DNA of 60,432 nt, counting the filler. It is 3 parts of 3 records of this genome, joined end to end, with 100 filler letters (N's around TTAATTAATTAA, not from the genome) between each part and the next. Parts side by side here need not be neighbours in the genome. Positions count along the whole stretch, not along the records: positions 1 to 21,323 come from DRR723986_31969; 2 more parts are not named here. One strand, 5' to 3'. The position numbers were made by a program, and so were the translations under genes. The notes beneath the pieces were generated by a model. That model did no database searches and had not been told where the DNA came from. It saw only the letters and a list, made by a program, of their open reading frames with translations. Positions within the stretch are counted from its first letter, which is position 1. Each line of letters opens with the position of its first letter. Positions 9,381 to 20,194 of the stretch are shown in pieces.

Positions 9381-12300
9381 TTATCTGTTAATGTATACCC
9401 AAGCACTACGCTTCTTATTTCCACCATCGTATATTACTGTATAGAAGTAAGTACCCACAGGCAGTTCCTCGCCATCATTGGTTTGCCCAACCCATTCATC
9501 TGTATAATTCTTTTTAGAATATACCAGTGTACCATTTCTATTAAATATTTCAAGTTTTGTAACATTAAAACTACTTAGGTCAAACCTATCATTTTGTCCT
9601 GGAGTAACACCTGGTGATATTCCTTCAGGGAATATACAAGCATCTAATTCAGCGACAGTTGTTGATATTGTATTAACACAACCGGTTGCATTAAAGCTTA
9701 TTTCAGCTGAGTAATCTCCTTGAACTAATACAGTATCTAATGTTAATCCATTTGAGCCAGCGATAGGTGATCCATCTAAGAACCAGGTGATTGTAACATC
9801 GGCTTCGGTAAAATTAGATGGTACAATACCAATACTAACTGGTACAGTTGCATTTGGACACACTGCATAATCAAATTGAGGATCAAAAGTCGCCAATGGT
9901 ACTACGTTAACAACAAGATTAAATGATGTGGTATCATAACAGTTACTTGCTGTGTTTTCTGCACGCACAAAAATAGTTTCTCCACTACTAGAATAAGGGC
10001 TCGTAAGAGCACCAGCACCATTATCAGCATCTGCTTGAGATGTATGGTATGTAATCACTACATCAGGATCAGTACTAACTTCAGGATCTATAGATGTTAA
10101 ATCAAATTCCGTTATACCATCAACTGTTCCATCTAAATCATCACAAACTACAAAGTCTGCAGGTTGATTTATTACAGGACGCGCAGTAACTACAAGCTCT
10201 AAATCTGCTAATTGTCTACAACCAAGGAATCCTGCTGTTGCTGCGTCTGCATCTTCAACTCTTATGATAAGAGTTTCACCAGATGAATTATATGGTGAAG
10301 CTACGGCATTTATAGCTTGGTTAGCATCTGCAGTATTTGTGTAGTAACTTACTGTAAAGTCTGCTCCAAATCCTAATGAGGCAGTTAGAGCATCTAAGTC
10401 AAAGTCTTCTGCACCATCTCCTTCAGGTCCATCACAAACTGTTATGTTTTGTGGATTCACAGTACCAGGATCATCGTATAAATTAATTATAACAATTTGA
10501 GAAGTAGCTTGGGCGCCACATTGCTCATCAAATGCTTGCACTTGATAGTTGGTAGCTCCAAAACCAAACCCTCCATTTGGTACTGTTAATGTACTTGAAG
10601 TTTCTCCAGTTATTTCAAAACCGTCTTCAAACCAAATATAAGAATCTGCAAATGGTGAATTTGTTTCGATAGTTACCTGGTCAAAACCACATACTGACAC
10701 CTCATCGATTTCGTTAGGGTCATTATTAGGATCTATAAAAACATCATTACTAACAAGTTCTGCAGATATTTCTGCCTCTATAGTACCGCTACCAGTAGTA
10801 CCTGCATTAGTTTGAGTTATTGTAATAATACCAGGATCATCAGAAAAGTTTGTTACTAATAGTAAATAAACTTCACCAGTTTGGGCATTATCAATAGTTA
10901 AGTTCTCAGTTGAAACAAAAGAATAACTACAGTCTACAATATTTCCAAAAGGATAGAAATCTGGACTTGTTGTATTATTTGGACAATCTCCTGGTGTTGG
11001 ACAACCATTGTCTAAGCTATCACAAACTCCTTCTACGGATGTAAAAGGCCCCCAAAGCACAAAGTCAACATCTAGTCCACCACCTGCAGCATCAGTCTGT
11101 GCAATTTCAATTTCAATTAATCCAGAATCTCCAATTTGAATGATATTCCAAGTTGGGTTAGGAGCACTACTTAAACATGCTATATCTGATGGATCTGGAA
11201 TTCCTATAATATTAGAACTCACAAGAGCACCACCAACCGAACAGAAGTTTTCGGCGTTTTCACAAATGATATTTGTTGGAGCCTCTCTAATACATAAATC
11301 AAAAGTTGTAGTTTCAGGTTGACTACCTCCGCTAAAAATTCTTAGGTAATACGTATTTCCTATCGTAAGAGACGGAGTCACACTAGATTCGTTTGGTGAA
11401 CAATATAGTTCAGTCAACGCACCACATGAACCTTCATATAAAGCGTGGTCTATATTAAAAGTTCCACCTGCAATATTTAGAATAGAGATTATCTGCACTT
11501 CGCTTAGTGCTGTAAATTCAAACCAAACATCATCGTCTGGATTCCCTGCACAACTCCCGGCATCAACACCGGAAGGTGTTGCAGCTAAGATTGTACCAGA
11601 GGTCAATAAATCACAAGTTTCTCCATCATTAACAACAGCAATTGTTGCCATATCACATTCATCGTTATCTGGAGGGCAAGCTAAAACAGTAAAGAATTCA
11701 CTGCTTATAACACAGTTATTATCTTGCTCGTTAGTTACAAATACTTTTACAGAAGAACCAAATGGGAATGGTCCTGCTTGATATGTTCCTGTCGCAGTTG
11801 CTTGCGATGTATTTGCGTCAAAGTTATTTGAGATTTCTAAAGATGTTGCATCACCTAAACTGGTAATGTCTACATCAATAAAGAATTGATCATTATCACA
11901 GTCTGGCGCAGTAGTATACGTTGCTTCAGCAAGTGTACAATTTAATTGCTCAATATTTACTGTAAAATCTAAGGTTACACCAAACGAACCATTAAAGCAT
12001 GGGTTTGGAGGATCTTGACCAAAGTCTGCACTACCAATTCTCATTCTATGTTCACCAAGAGGTGCTGTTAATGGCATTACAAATGACGCATCAAATGTAG
12101 TTGGATTGTCATTGGTTGTTTCTCCTTGAAATACTAATTCGGTATCATCGAATACTAAATCATCGTTGAAGTCTATCCAAATGTTTACATTATAAGTAAA
12201 ACCGGTAGCAAAATCAATAATTAAATTTGTTTCTACTCCTTGGAAAACATTAACTACAGGCGACGTTTGGTTTTCATAAGTTACATCACCTAAACTTGGA

Positions 12301-14714
12301 AAGTCTGTTACTCCAATGGTTACATTAGTAACACCTTGTCCATCATTACTTGTTGGAATAGATGCACAATACCCTGTAAAGAACTCGAATGGACCTGTCC
12401 AAGAGCTAAAATCACCTGGGCCACATACAGCTTGTACATAAAACTCGTAACTCGTATCTGGTGTTAGACCAGTTAAGGTATGAGGATTAGTTACATTAGC
12501 ATCTACAGTACCTGTACCTAATGCAAAACCTGCAACACCATATTCTACATTCCACACTGATGACGTACCATTTTCTGTCCAGCCCACTTCAGTAGAGGTT
12601 AAACTCAAGTTTGTCGCTGTTAAGTCTGAAGGCTCAGGGCAAGTAGGTATTGCTCTAACTTGGAAATTATCTACAAATATATCATTGTCAGCCGTGTCAT
12701 CTACTGTTCCTTCAGAACCAAGAATACCGAATTGAACTATTTGACCACTATATGCAGTTAAGTCAACGACTGGGTGTTCACCTGTAACAGGTACAACAGA
12801 AGTACTATCATAAGTTAAAAGTGAAGTCCATGTAGCGCCATTATCCGTACTAATTAAAAGTTGGACTGTGTCATCAGAACCTAGTACTCCTGGATTTACT
12901 GAACTACCAAATTGCATGATACCAAAATCAAACTCTACTTGAAATGGACCACCAGTTAAATCAAATTGAGGTGACAAGATCCAATCACTTTTGAATGCTT
13001 GCCATAAGTTTATTTTATAAGCTCCAGTAAAGCCATTATTAAGATAACCACCATCAGCCCAATCACCAGCTCCTAGACCAATTGGTCCGGTTGTTGCATC
13101 TCCATCACCAGCCTCATTCCAACAGTTAGGAATTATGTTTGTAAAATTCTCTTGATAGTCTGGTATAAAGACATCACATAATGTTGTGAAAGTTCCTGGT
13201 CCATTAAAATCACTTGTATCACTTCCACCGCAATCTGCTTGAACATAGAAATCGTAAGATGTGCTAGCAGCTAATCCTGTGACAGTATATGGATTAGTTA
13301 CACCAGTAACTGTTGGTACACCAGTTGGTGCATCACCAGAAGGAACTATTTCAATGTTCCATACTGTAGCAGTACCATTCTCAGTCCAAGATAGTTCAGC
13401 TCCATCAAGAGTTTCATTTGTAGCCGCAAGATTAACAGGGAAAGTACAAGATGGTCCTTCTTCAATACAAACATCGGCAGTGCCCGTTTGGCCATCTCTC
13501 CATAATACAGCTACATATGTGTTTCCAGGTGTTAATCCTCCAATTATTCCGGAGTCGTCACCTGTATCTAGCGTGTTATTAGTACATGCGGAAACTGCTG
13601 TTCCTCCACAAGCATCAAATACTTCTAAACCTATATTATCTGCCGCGCCACTAAAATTAAAAATTACTGACCCAATAGGAGGTGCAGTAAAACTAACCCA
13701 ATAACCGAAGTTTCCAAAACCATCACAACTTGGGTTTTCACCGTTAGCATTAATATCTTCAGCAACACTAAAATCGAATGTAACAGGTGTTGCTGTAGCA
13801 CAATCAGATTCTACTGTCATAGAAAATGCATTAGCGCAAGTACCACCTGGTGTAGCTGATATAAAATTAAATGGTCCTACTAAATTAGAAGTTCCTGTTC
13901 CGTCACAATCAGACTGTACATAAAAATCATATGAAGTTCCTGCTGTAAGACCACCAAGGTTATAAGGATTTGTTGTTACACCTGTTATTAATGTTCCTGT
14001 TCCTGGTGTGAAACCAGCTGGACCCCATTCTATATTCCATACTGTAGCAGAACCAGATTCTGTCCACAATAAATCTACAGTAGTTTCTAAAACGTTAGCA
14101 ACATCTAGTGCCGAAGGATCTGGACAACTAGGAGGTGTCTGCGATGTTAAGGTAGGAGCGTCAAAACAAAAGCCCCATTCCCAACCAGCTCCTCCGCCAG
14201 GACCATCATCATAAAATGCTATTCTATATTGAAATCCTGATAATTGAGTTGCAGTAAATCCTGCAATATTAAGTTGGTTACTCGTAAAACTATCTCGTGC
14301 ACCATTACAAAAATTATCTGTAGGTTGGTCTGCAGTTGCGACAAATTGTTGCCAAGCCACCCAAGTACTTGTATCTGCATCCCAATATTCTAAGTTTAAG
14401 GTATCACCTAAGTCATTATAGGTGTAGTCTACATCTATAAATAGCCATGTTTCTCCGGCTGCAAAAGCTGCTGATAAGTCAATAACAGGTGATTCTGCGG
14501 CGATATCATCATCACTTGCACCACCAGCATCATCATCATCAAATGCAAAATTAGATGTAAGTGTAGGATCTGCTTCAAACGCTGTAGGATCTGCATTGTA
14601 AACTCCAGTAACCGTCCAGTTTGTATTTGGCCATGCAGCAGATTGATTTATTACTTGTGCACTTAACGCTAAAGAAAAACACAGAAGCAATAAAAAGAGA
14701 GTAACTTTTTTCAT
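9381..14714 (-). CDS. Large T9SS type-B CTD surface protein (3 FN3 domains, GEVED-like domain, SprB-like stalk repeats)
   Basis: Signal peptide. Three C-x-x-P...WTE(N/S)G...WN(I/V)E FN3 repeats, IWIDFNDD...HRMRIG GEVED-like region, C-terminal FPEGISPG...NDRF...IFNRNG...GTYFY type-B CTD. Lies directly upstream of a porP/sprF gene. Confidence 0.9.
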   Translation of the reverse strand: MKKVTLFLLLLCFSLALSAQVINQSAAWPNTNWTVTGVYNADPTAFEADPTLTSNFAFDDDDAGGASDDDIAAESPVIDLSAAFAAGETWLFIDVDYTYNDLGDTLNLEYWDADTSTWVAWQQFVATADQPTDNFCNGARDSFTSNQLNIAGFTATQLSGFQYRIAFYDDGPGGGAGWEWGFCFDAPTLTSQTPPSCPDPSALDVANVLETTVDLLWTESGSATVWNIEWGPAGFTPGTGTLITGVTTNPYNLGGLTAGTSYDFYVQSDCDGTGTSNLVGPFNFISATPGGTCANAFSMTVESDCATATPVTFDFSVAEDINANGENPSCDGFGNFGYWVSFTAPPIGSVIFNFSGAADNIGLEVFDACGGTAVSACTNNTLDTGDDSGIIGGLTPGNTYVAVLWRDGQTGTADVCIEEGPSCTFPVNLAATNETLDGAELSWTENGTATVWNIEIVPSGDAPTGVPTVTGVTNPYTVTGLAASTSYDFYVQADCGGSDTSDFNGPGTFTTLCDVFIPDYQENFTNIIPNCWNEAGDGDATTGPIGLGAGDWADGGYLNNGFTGAYKINLWQAFKSDWILSPQFDLTGGPFQVEFDFGIMQFGSSVNPGVLGSDDTVQLLISTDNGATWTSLLTYDSTSVVPVTGEHPVVDLTAYSGQIVQFGILGSEGTVDDTADNDIFVDNFQVRAIPTCPEPSDLTATNLSLTSTEVGWTENGTSSVWNVEYGVAGFALGTGTVDANVTNPHTLTGLTPDTSYEFYVQAVCGPGDFSSWTGPFEFFTGYCASIPTSNDGQGVTNVTIGVTDFPSLGDVTYENQTSPVVNVFQGVETNLIIDFATGFTYNVNIWIDFNDDLVFDDTELVFQGETTNDNPTTFDASFVMPLTAPLGEHRMRIGSADFGQDPPNPCFNGSFGVTLDFTVNIEQLNCTLAEATYTTAPDCDNDQFFIDVDITSLGDATSLEISNNFDANTSQATATGTYQAGPFPFGSSVKVFVTNEQDNNCVISSEFFTVLACPPDNDECDMATIAVVNDGETCDLLTSGTILAATPSGVDAGSCAGNPDDDVWFEFTALSEVQIISILNIAGGTFNIDHALYEGSCGALTELYCSPNESSVTPSLTIGNTYYLRIFSGGSQPETTTFDLCIREAPTNIICENAENFCSVGGALVSSNIIGIPDPSDIACLSSAPNPTWNIIQIGDSGLIEIEIAQTDAAGGGLDVDFVLWGPFTSVEGVCDSLDNGCPTPGDCPNNTTSPDFYPFGNIVDCSYSFVSTENLTIDNAQTGEVYLLLVTNFSDDPGIITITQTNAGTTGSGTIEAEISAELVSNDVFIDPNNDPNEIDEVSVCGFDQVTIETNSPFADSYIWFEDGFEITGETSSTLTVPNGGFGFGATNYQVQAFDEQCGAQATSQIVIINLYDDPGTVNPQNITVCDGPEGDGAEDFDLDALTASLGFGADFTVSYYTNTADANQAINAVASPYNSSGETLIIRVEDADAATAGFLGCRQLADLELVVTARPVINQPADFVVCDDLDGTVDGITEFDLTSIDPEVSTDPDVVITYHTSQADADNGAGALTSPYSSSGETIFVRAENTASNCYDTTSFNLVVNVVPLATFDPQFDYAVCPNATVPVSIGIVPSNFTEADVTITWFLDGSPIAGSNGLTLDTVLVQGDYSAEISFNATGCVNTISTTVAELDACIFPEGISPGVTPGQNDRFDLSSFNVTKLEIFNRNGTLVYSKKNYTDEWVGQTNDGEELPVGTYFYTVIYDGGNKKRSAWVYINR

Positions 14715-14942
14715 TATTAATCGGTTTGTTAGTAATTATTTAATCCTTTATAATTCACTGATTATAAAGGAGTTTCTTAATTTATTAAAAAATAGAGACT
14801 TGGTTAAACATTAGTTACGTTGGTTAGACGTTTTTATTATGTTCACCCGAATATATAAAAATTGGTAATTAACACTCTGTTAACAATGTTATAATAGACT
14901 AACTACCTTATTTATCGATAAAAAGACTTTTGCTGTATTGTA

Positions 14943-15896
14943 TTATTGCCACTGAAGTTCAATAAAAACAGGGAAGTGATCACTATAGCCACCTTTGTAC
15001 TTTTTACCTACATATGTCCTAAAAGGTTGACCCTTATATTTACCATGATATTGCGTTAAGTTTTTGCTGTTATACACATCTGCTATTTTAAATTCTAAGT
15101 CAGAATTTTTAGAGTCAAAAAAGTTTTGGGATATTAGTATTTGGTCAAATAAATTCCATTGAAAAGCGTGGTTTAAACTACCTTTATCATAAGACCATAC
15201 AGTTTTAAACGGATTGTACATACCACAATCTTCTTCTAGTTGAGTAATACTTTTGTTATCTGGGTTATCATTAAAATCTCCCATTACTATAATTTTAGCA
15301 TTAGAATCTTCCGCCTTAATAGTATTTATAATTGATTTGACTTTGTTTGATGCTGCCAGCCGTTTGTATTCAGTTTCGTTTTCTCCTTCTCTTCTAGATG
15401 ACCAATGGTTAACAAGTATACTTATTTCTTCATCCATTAGTTTGCCTTGCACAAGTAAGATGTCTCTTGTATAGTCACGTTCACCTTCATCTGTTTGAAG
15501 ATATACTGAAAATGTTTCTGAATTTGTTACTGTAAAAAATTCACTTTTATAAAGCAGCGCTACATCTATACCACGCTCATCTGATGAGTCATAATGAACA
15601 TAACTGTAGGCTTCTTTAATAAGATTTTTACTTCTTACTAAATCTGATAGTACTTTTTTATTTTCTGCTTCAGCAACACCTAAAATAACAGGCGCATATT
15701 TAGTGCTTTCATCACCAATCTTTGAAATTACACTTCCAAGTTTTCTTAGTTTATTTTCGTAACGTTTGGGTGTCCATCTTTTAACAGAAGTTGGTAAAAA
15801 ATCATCATCACTTGTTAATGGATCATTCTCTATATCAAAGAGATTTTCAATATTATAAAAAGCTAATGTGAAGTTTTTTGAATCAGTATTACTCAT
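14943..15896 (-). CDS. Endonuclease/exonuclease/phosphatase family protein
   Basis: FYNIENLFD, DERGIDVALLY, VNHWSSR, MGDFND, FDQI, YSDHFPV. Confidence 0.9.
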   Translation of the reverse strand: MSNTDSKNFTLAFYNIENLFDIENDPLTSDDDFLPTSVKRWTPKRYENKLRKLGSVISKIGDESTKYAPVILGVAEAENKKVLSDLVRSKNLIKEAYSYVHYDSSDERGIDVALLYKSEFFTVTNSETFSVYLQTDEGERDYTRDILLVQGKLMDEEISILVNHWSSRREGENETEYKRLAASNKVKSIINTIKAEDSNAKIIVMGDFNDNPDNKSITQLEEDCGMYNPFKTVWSYDKGSLNHAFQWNLFDQILISQNFFDSKNSDLEFKIADVYNSKNLTQYHGKYKGQPFRTYVGKKYKGGYSDHFPVFIELQWQ

Positions 15897-15945
15897 GGCA
15901 ATAAATATATGATTTTAAAACCTTATTCTAAATAATGCATTTGCT

Positions 15946-15953
15946 TAACTTTG
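15946..15953 (+). promoter_or_regulatory. Bacteroidota primary-sigma -7 element (TAnnTTTG) for hflX
   Basis: TAACTTTG 15 nt upstream of the hflX ATG. Equivalent motifs occur at 18181-18188 (-), 19557-19564 (-), 23181-23188 (+) and 39750-39757 (+). Confidence 0.6.
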
Positions 15954-15968
15954 CACTTTGGTGTATTT

Positions 15969-17180
15969 ATGATAGAAAAAAAGAATATAGCATTAGAGCG
16001 CGTCGTACTTATAGGAATTATTACACAAGATCAAAATGAAGAGCAATCTAAAGAGTATTTAGATGAACTTGAGTTCCTAACATATACTGCAGGTGGTGAA
16101 GTAGTAAAGCGATATACCCAGAAAATGGCCATGCCAAATCCTAAAACTTTTATAGGTACAGGAAAAATGGATGAGGTAATGCATTTTGTTAAGGACAATG
16201 AGATTGGTACAGTAATTTTTGATGATGAATTATCTCCTGCACAAGAACGTAATATTAGTAAAATCCTTAATTGTAAAATTTTGGACCGAACAAATTTAAT
16301 TCTTGATATTTTTGCACAACGTGCACAGACAAGCTATGCAAGAACGCAAGTAGAACTTGCACAATGTGAATATCTATTGCCAAGGCTAAAAGGGATGTGG
16401 ACGCACCTTGAACGTCAAAAAGGTGGTATAGGTATGCGTGGACCTGGTGAAACTGAGATTGAAACAGATAGACGTATTGTTAGAGATAAAATAGCACTAC
16501 TTAAATCTAAAATCAAGACCATTGATAAACAAATGGCTGTGCAACGAGGTAATAGAGGTAAATTAGTACGTGTTGCATTGGTTGGTTATACTAATGTTGG
16601 TAAATCTACCTTGATGAATGTTATAAGTAAAAGTGAAGTTTTTGCCGAAAACAAACTATTTGCCACCTTAGATACAACCGTAAGAAAGGTTGTGATTGGT
16701 AATCTTCCTTTTTTGGTGAGTGATACAGTAGGGTTTATTAGAAAACTACCTACGCAATTAGTAGAATCATTTAAAAGTACTTTAGATGAGGTAAGAGAAG
16801 CAGATTTGTTACTACATGTAGTTGATATTTCTCACTCTAATTTTGAAGAACATATCGATTCTGTTAATCAGATTTTAGATGAGATTGATAGTAAGGATAA
16901 ACCAACTATAATGGTCTTTAATAAGATTGATGCTTATGAGGCTGAACCATTTGATGAAGACGATTTAGTTGAAGTAAGAACTAAAGCTAACTACACTATT
17001 TACGAGTGGAAAAAAACCTGGATGTCTCGAATAGGTGATAATGCTTTGTTTATTTCGGCCTTAAATAAGGAGAATATGGATGAGTTTAGAAAACGAGTTT
17101 ACAAAGAAGTGCGAGAAATACATGTAACACGTTTTCCTTATAATCATTTCTTGTATCCAGATGTTGAAGATATACAATAA
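15969..17180 (+). CDS. hflX: GTPase HflX
   Basis: LILDIFAQRA, RGPGETEIETDRR, GYTNVGKST, LFATLDTT, DTVGFI, NKID. ATG at 15969 preferred over the upstream TTG. Confidence 0.97.
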   Translation: MIEKKNIALERVVLIGIITQDQNEEQSKEYLDELEFLTYTAGGEVVKRYTQKMAMPNPKTFIGTGKMDEVMHFVKDNEIGTVIFDDELSPAQERNISKILNCKILDRTNLILDIFAQRAQTSYARTQVELAQCEYLLPRLKGMWTHLERQKGGIGMRGPGETEIETDRRIVRDKIALLKSKIKTIDKQMAVQRGNRGKLVRVALVGYTNVGKSTLMNVISKSEVFAENKLFATLDTTVRKVVIGNLPFLVSDTVGFIRKLPTQLVESFKSTLDEVREADLLLHVVDISHSNFEEHIDSVNQILDEIDSKDKPTIMVFNKIDAYEAEPFDEDDLVEVRTKANYTIYEWKKTWMSRIGDNALFISALNKENMDEFRKRVYKEVREIHVTRFPYNHFLYPDVEDIQ

Positions 17181-17208
17181 AAAAAGGGCTCTAAATGAGC
17201 CCTTTTTT
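17179..17208. terminator. Bidirectional intrinsic terminator
   Basis: AAAAAAAGGGCTC-TAAAT-GAGCCCTTTTTT between convergent genes. Confidence 0.85.
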
Positions 17209-17225
17209 ATTAATTAAATTCTAGT

Positions 17226-18137
17226 TTAGAAACTGTAGCTTAAACCAATAGTATAGTACGATTGTAATTTGTTATCAGCATCTTTTAAATCTACTAATTG
17301 TGCATTAGCAGCTTCTTGCTGATTGCTTCTTAGTGAAAAATCAAAACCTACACCAATCATTTTCCATAAGGTATAGCTAAATGAGTTAGTCCAAGTCCAG
17401 TTAGATAATTCACTTTGTTTGTAGCTCTGGAATGTAGAGAAATTAGTTTTAAAGTTAATTGCACCAATCTGTCTTGTATAATCTGCAACAATCTTTGCCC
17501 CAAATGAAGAATCAAAAACAGTATCTCCACTGGAAAACACAAAATTGTAGTTTGCTGGGTGAATTACTACAACTAAATTCTCAATAGGAGTCCAGGTTGC
17601 ACCGAAACCAAGATCTAAATAACCAGGATCATTAAAATTGTCTAATAAAGTTGTTCTGTATTCCGCTAAACCAGAAATTGCCCATTTTTGATTTAGTCTT
17701 CTTCCGTAAAGAGAAGAAATATTAAAAACGTCTGTAGTTGGATTAAAATCCTCGTCAGCATCAGTTCCGTTATCCTTATCATCTAGTTTAACCCAGTTTA
17801 GATTAGTAGTTAGTGCATTTCTCCAGAAATATTTTTCTTCAATTTTGTTAGCGAACGCATTTACCGTAATTCCTATGTTACCTGAAGCATTATTTGGTGT
17901 ACCTTGAGCATACCAGTTGTTAAAATTTGATAAACTGCCACCAATAGTACCAAATGCACCTACTCGCCATCCTGGTAAGGCATCAATTTGTGCTTGGATA
18001 GCATTAGCTTCACCTTGAAACTTGTCTGCTTCAGCTTGTTTTTCTGCTTTTTGAGCTTCTAATTCCTCTTTAGTTTGTGAAAAACCAATAGAAATTGCCA
18101 ACATTAAAAAGGCTGATAAAAGTAATTTTCTGTTCAT
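17226..18137 (-). CDS. DUF3078-like outer-membrane beta-barrel protein
   Basis: Signal peptide, short coiled coil, FNNWYAQG motif, amphipathic beta strands, C-terminal GLSYSF. Confidence 0.75.
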   Translation of the reverse strand: MNRKLLLSAFLMLAISIGFSQTKEELEAQKAEKQAEADKFQGEANAIQAQIDALPGWRVGAFGTIGGSLSNFNNWYAQGTPNNASGNIGITVNAFANKIEEKYFWRNALTTNLNWVKLDDKDNGTDADEDFNPTTDVFNISSLYGRRLNQKWAISGLAEYRTTLLDNFNDPGYLDLGFGATWTPIENLVVVIHPANYNFVFSSGDTVFDSSFGAKIVADYTRQIGAINFKTNFSTFQSYKQSELSNWTWTNSFSYTLWKMIGVGFDFSLRSNQQEAANAQLVDLKDADNKLQSYYTIGLSYSF

Positions 18138-18279
18138 AATTAATTATTTGTTATAGTAAATTTTTGTTGTAATTAATCCGCAAATATACGTGTTATCAAC
18201 TAAAATTAATAGAAATCAATAACTCGTAACACTGATTCTTAGACCTAAGAATCTTCATAAAGTCACAATATTTATAAAA

Positions 18280-18786
18280 TTATTTTCTTTTAAATAATGG
18301 CACAGAAGAACATGCCTCGCCGAACATTATAGATTTGGCTATAGGTTTGAGTTTTTGAGAGAGTAAAACCAAGGCATTTGCAGGTACTGGCTTATTAGAA
18401 CATCCTTTAATAATAACAGGCATATCTTTATATTCAGAAATATCTAATTCTGAGATAATAGAGGAGAAAATAATAGATTCTAAATGCTCTAAGGAACTAA
18501 TCACAGTTAACTTAGAGAACTCTTGTAACTTTATAGTAATTAACATATAAGCCCAATCTGGTACAATAGCATCGGTTGAACAATGTAGTGCCACATAGCA
18601 GTCTTTGTATTGACTCCAATTAAATTCTGCAACATAAGTTCTAAATTCCTTTTCCCTTAAAACCAACCCTTCAAGTAACCAATCTTTAATGTCAAATAAA
18701 ACTCGTTTTCCAATTGGATAGAAGTCTTCAAGATCGATGACTTTTAATTTGCTATTTGCAACTCTATTTACAATTTCTTCTTCCAT
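18280..18786 (-). CDS. DUF2480 family protein
   Basis: EEIVNRVANS, DLEDFYP, CSTDAIVPDWAY, KGCS, MFGEACSSVPL. Typical suf neighbour. Confidence 0.85.
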   Translation of the reverse strand: MEEEIVNRVANSKLKVIDLEDFYPIGKRVLFDIKDWLLEGLVLREKEFRTYVAEFNWSQYKDCYVALHCSTDAIVPDWAYMLITIKLQEFSKLTVISSLEHLESIIFSSIISELDISEYKDMPVIIKGCSNKPVPANALVLLSQKLKPIAKSIMFGEACSSVPLFKRK

Positions 18787-18788
18787 AG

Positions 18789-19115
18789 TTATAGCATACC
18801 AAGCTCTAATTTTGCTTCTTCACTCATTAAATCTTGAGACCATGGCGGATCAAAAGTAATTTCAACTTCGGCATCTTTAACCTCATTAATAGATTTTACT
18901 TTTTCTTCAACTTCTAATGGTAAAGTTTCAGCTACAGGACAATTTGGAGTAGTTAATGTCATTAAGATTTTTACTTCAGAATCTTCATTAACAAAAACAT
19001 CATAAATCAATCCCAGCTCATAAATATCTACAGGAATTTCAGGGTCGTAAATAGTTTTTAAAACTCTTACAATTTTATCTCCTAATACGTTAGTATCTAT
19101 AGTTATATCACTCAT
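18789..19115 (-). CDS. SUF Fe-S assembly protein, DUF59/SufT-like
   Basis: YDPEIPVDIYELGLIY, MTLTTPNCPVA, FDPPW. Confidence 0.92.
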   Translation of the reverse strand: MSDITIDTNVLGDKIVRVLKTIYDPEIPVDIYELGLIYDVFVNEDSEVKILMTLTTPNCPVAETLPLEVEEKVKSINEVKDAEVEITFDPPWSQDLMSEEAKLELGML

Positions 19116-19116
19116 C

Positions 19117-19545
19117 TTAATTCAATTGTGTTTGGTATGCAATAGCATACATTTTTAATTGCTTTATCATACTCACTAAGCCATTAGCTCTAGTTGGTGA
19201 TAAATGCTCTCTTAACCCTATTTTATCAATAAAATCTGTGTTTGCTTCGATAATATCTTTAGGATGCTGATTAGAGAATACACGTATAAGAATGGCTATA
19301 ATGCCTTTAGTTATTATAGCATCACTATCTGCTGTGAATTCTATTTTATCATCATTAAGATTAGCATGTACCCAAACTTTGCTTTGACAACCTTTAATTA
19401 TATTATTGTCAGTTTTATATTGGTCTTCAATGAGAGGCAGCGTTTTACCCAGGTCTATCATATATTGATACCGTTCTTCCCAATCCTCAAACATTGAGAA
19501 CTCATCTATTATTTCATTTTGAATTTCTTCAATTGTCATAGTCAT
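19117..19545 (-). CDS. sufE: Fe-S cluster sulfur acceptor SufE
   Basis: WEERYQYMIDLGK, IKGCQSKVW, DSDAIITKG, LSPTRANGL. Confidence 0.95.
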   Translation of the reverse strand: MTMTIEEIQNEIIDEFSMFEDWEERYQYMIDLGKTLPLIEDQYKTDNNIIKGCQSKVWVHANLNDDKIEFTADSDAIITKGIIAILIRVFSNQHPKDIIEANTDFIDKIGLREHLSPTRANGLVSMIKQLKMYAIAYQTQLN

Positions 19546-19572
19546 TTTGTTTATAGCAAAATTACAAAATCA

Positions 19573-20091
19573 CTATTGCTTTACCACACTTTCTTTAGTG
19601 GATAACACTTTATTAACTAATGTTTCTATTTCTTGAGGAGGATGTCCATGATCAAAGGTTGGAGTAATGATTTCAACATCTCCTTGCCTTATGGCTAAAG
19701 TGGCGTGAGCAGCACCATCATACAAGCGTTTGCCTGTTGGTGCCTCTAATTTTTGAAATGTTTCTTTATTAACGGCTTTTAGTAATCTCGCAATTTCTTC
19801 AACATCTTTTTCTTCGCAGGTAAATGTTCTCACATTTTGTAAGTTAACATCTTCAGAAAATAATAATTGTGAGCCAGTGATTTGTATAAAAATAAAACTT
19901 CCTCTGGATTGTGCTTTATAGGTAACAGCATCGCTGTAATTGCTTTGAACAATGTCATTTTTATCTTTCACTATACTCGATTTTGATTGTGCTTCCGTTG
20001 CAACTTCTTTAGAATTTGTAACTACTTCTTTAGAAGAATTACAAGATTCTGCAAGCATTACAATAGCAAATAGGCTAAATAAAATTTTCAT
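19573..20091 (-). CDS. Hypothetical lipoprotein
   Basis: Lipobox-like LAESC. Motifs LEAPTGKRLYDGA and FDHGHPP. Confidence 0.7.
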   Translation of the reverse strand: MKILFSLFAIVMLAESCNSSKEVVTNSKEVATEAQSKSSIVKDKNDIVQSNYSDAVTYKAQSRGSFIFIQITGSQLLFSEDVNLQNVRTFTCEEKDVEEIARLLKAVNKETFQKLEAPTGKRLYDGAAHATLAIRQGDVEIITPTFDHGHPPQEIETLVNKVLSTKESVVKQ

Positions 20092-20149
20092 ACTCCAACA
20101 ATTTATTAGTAAAGGTATGCTTTTTTATAATCGAAATCTATGCCAAAAT

Positions 20150-20175
20150 AAAAAAGGCGCTCATTGAGCGCCTTT
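20150..20175 (-). terminator. Intrinsic terminator after the M43 pseudogene
   Basis: AAAAAAGGCGCTC-ATT-GAGCGCCTTT. Confidence 0.8.
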
Positions 20176-20194
20176 AATTAAAACTTAAATTTTA

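Noticed and set aside
6496-14214. Plus-strand ORFs antisense to the OmpA and adhesin genes (6496, 7117, 11140, 13261, 14008)
   Set aside because: Shadow ORFs of strongly supported minus-strand genes, with no recognisable motifs.
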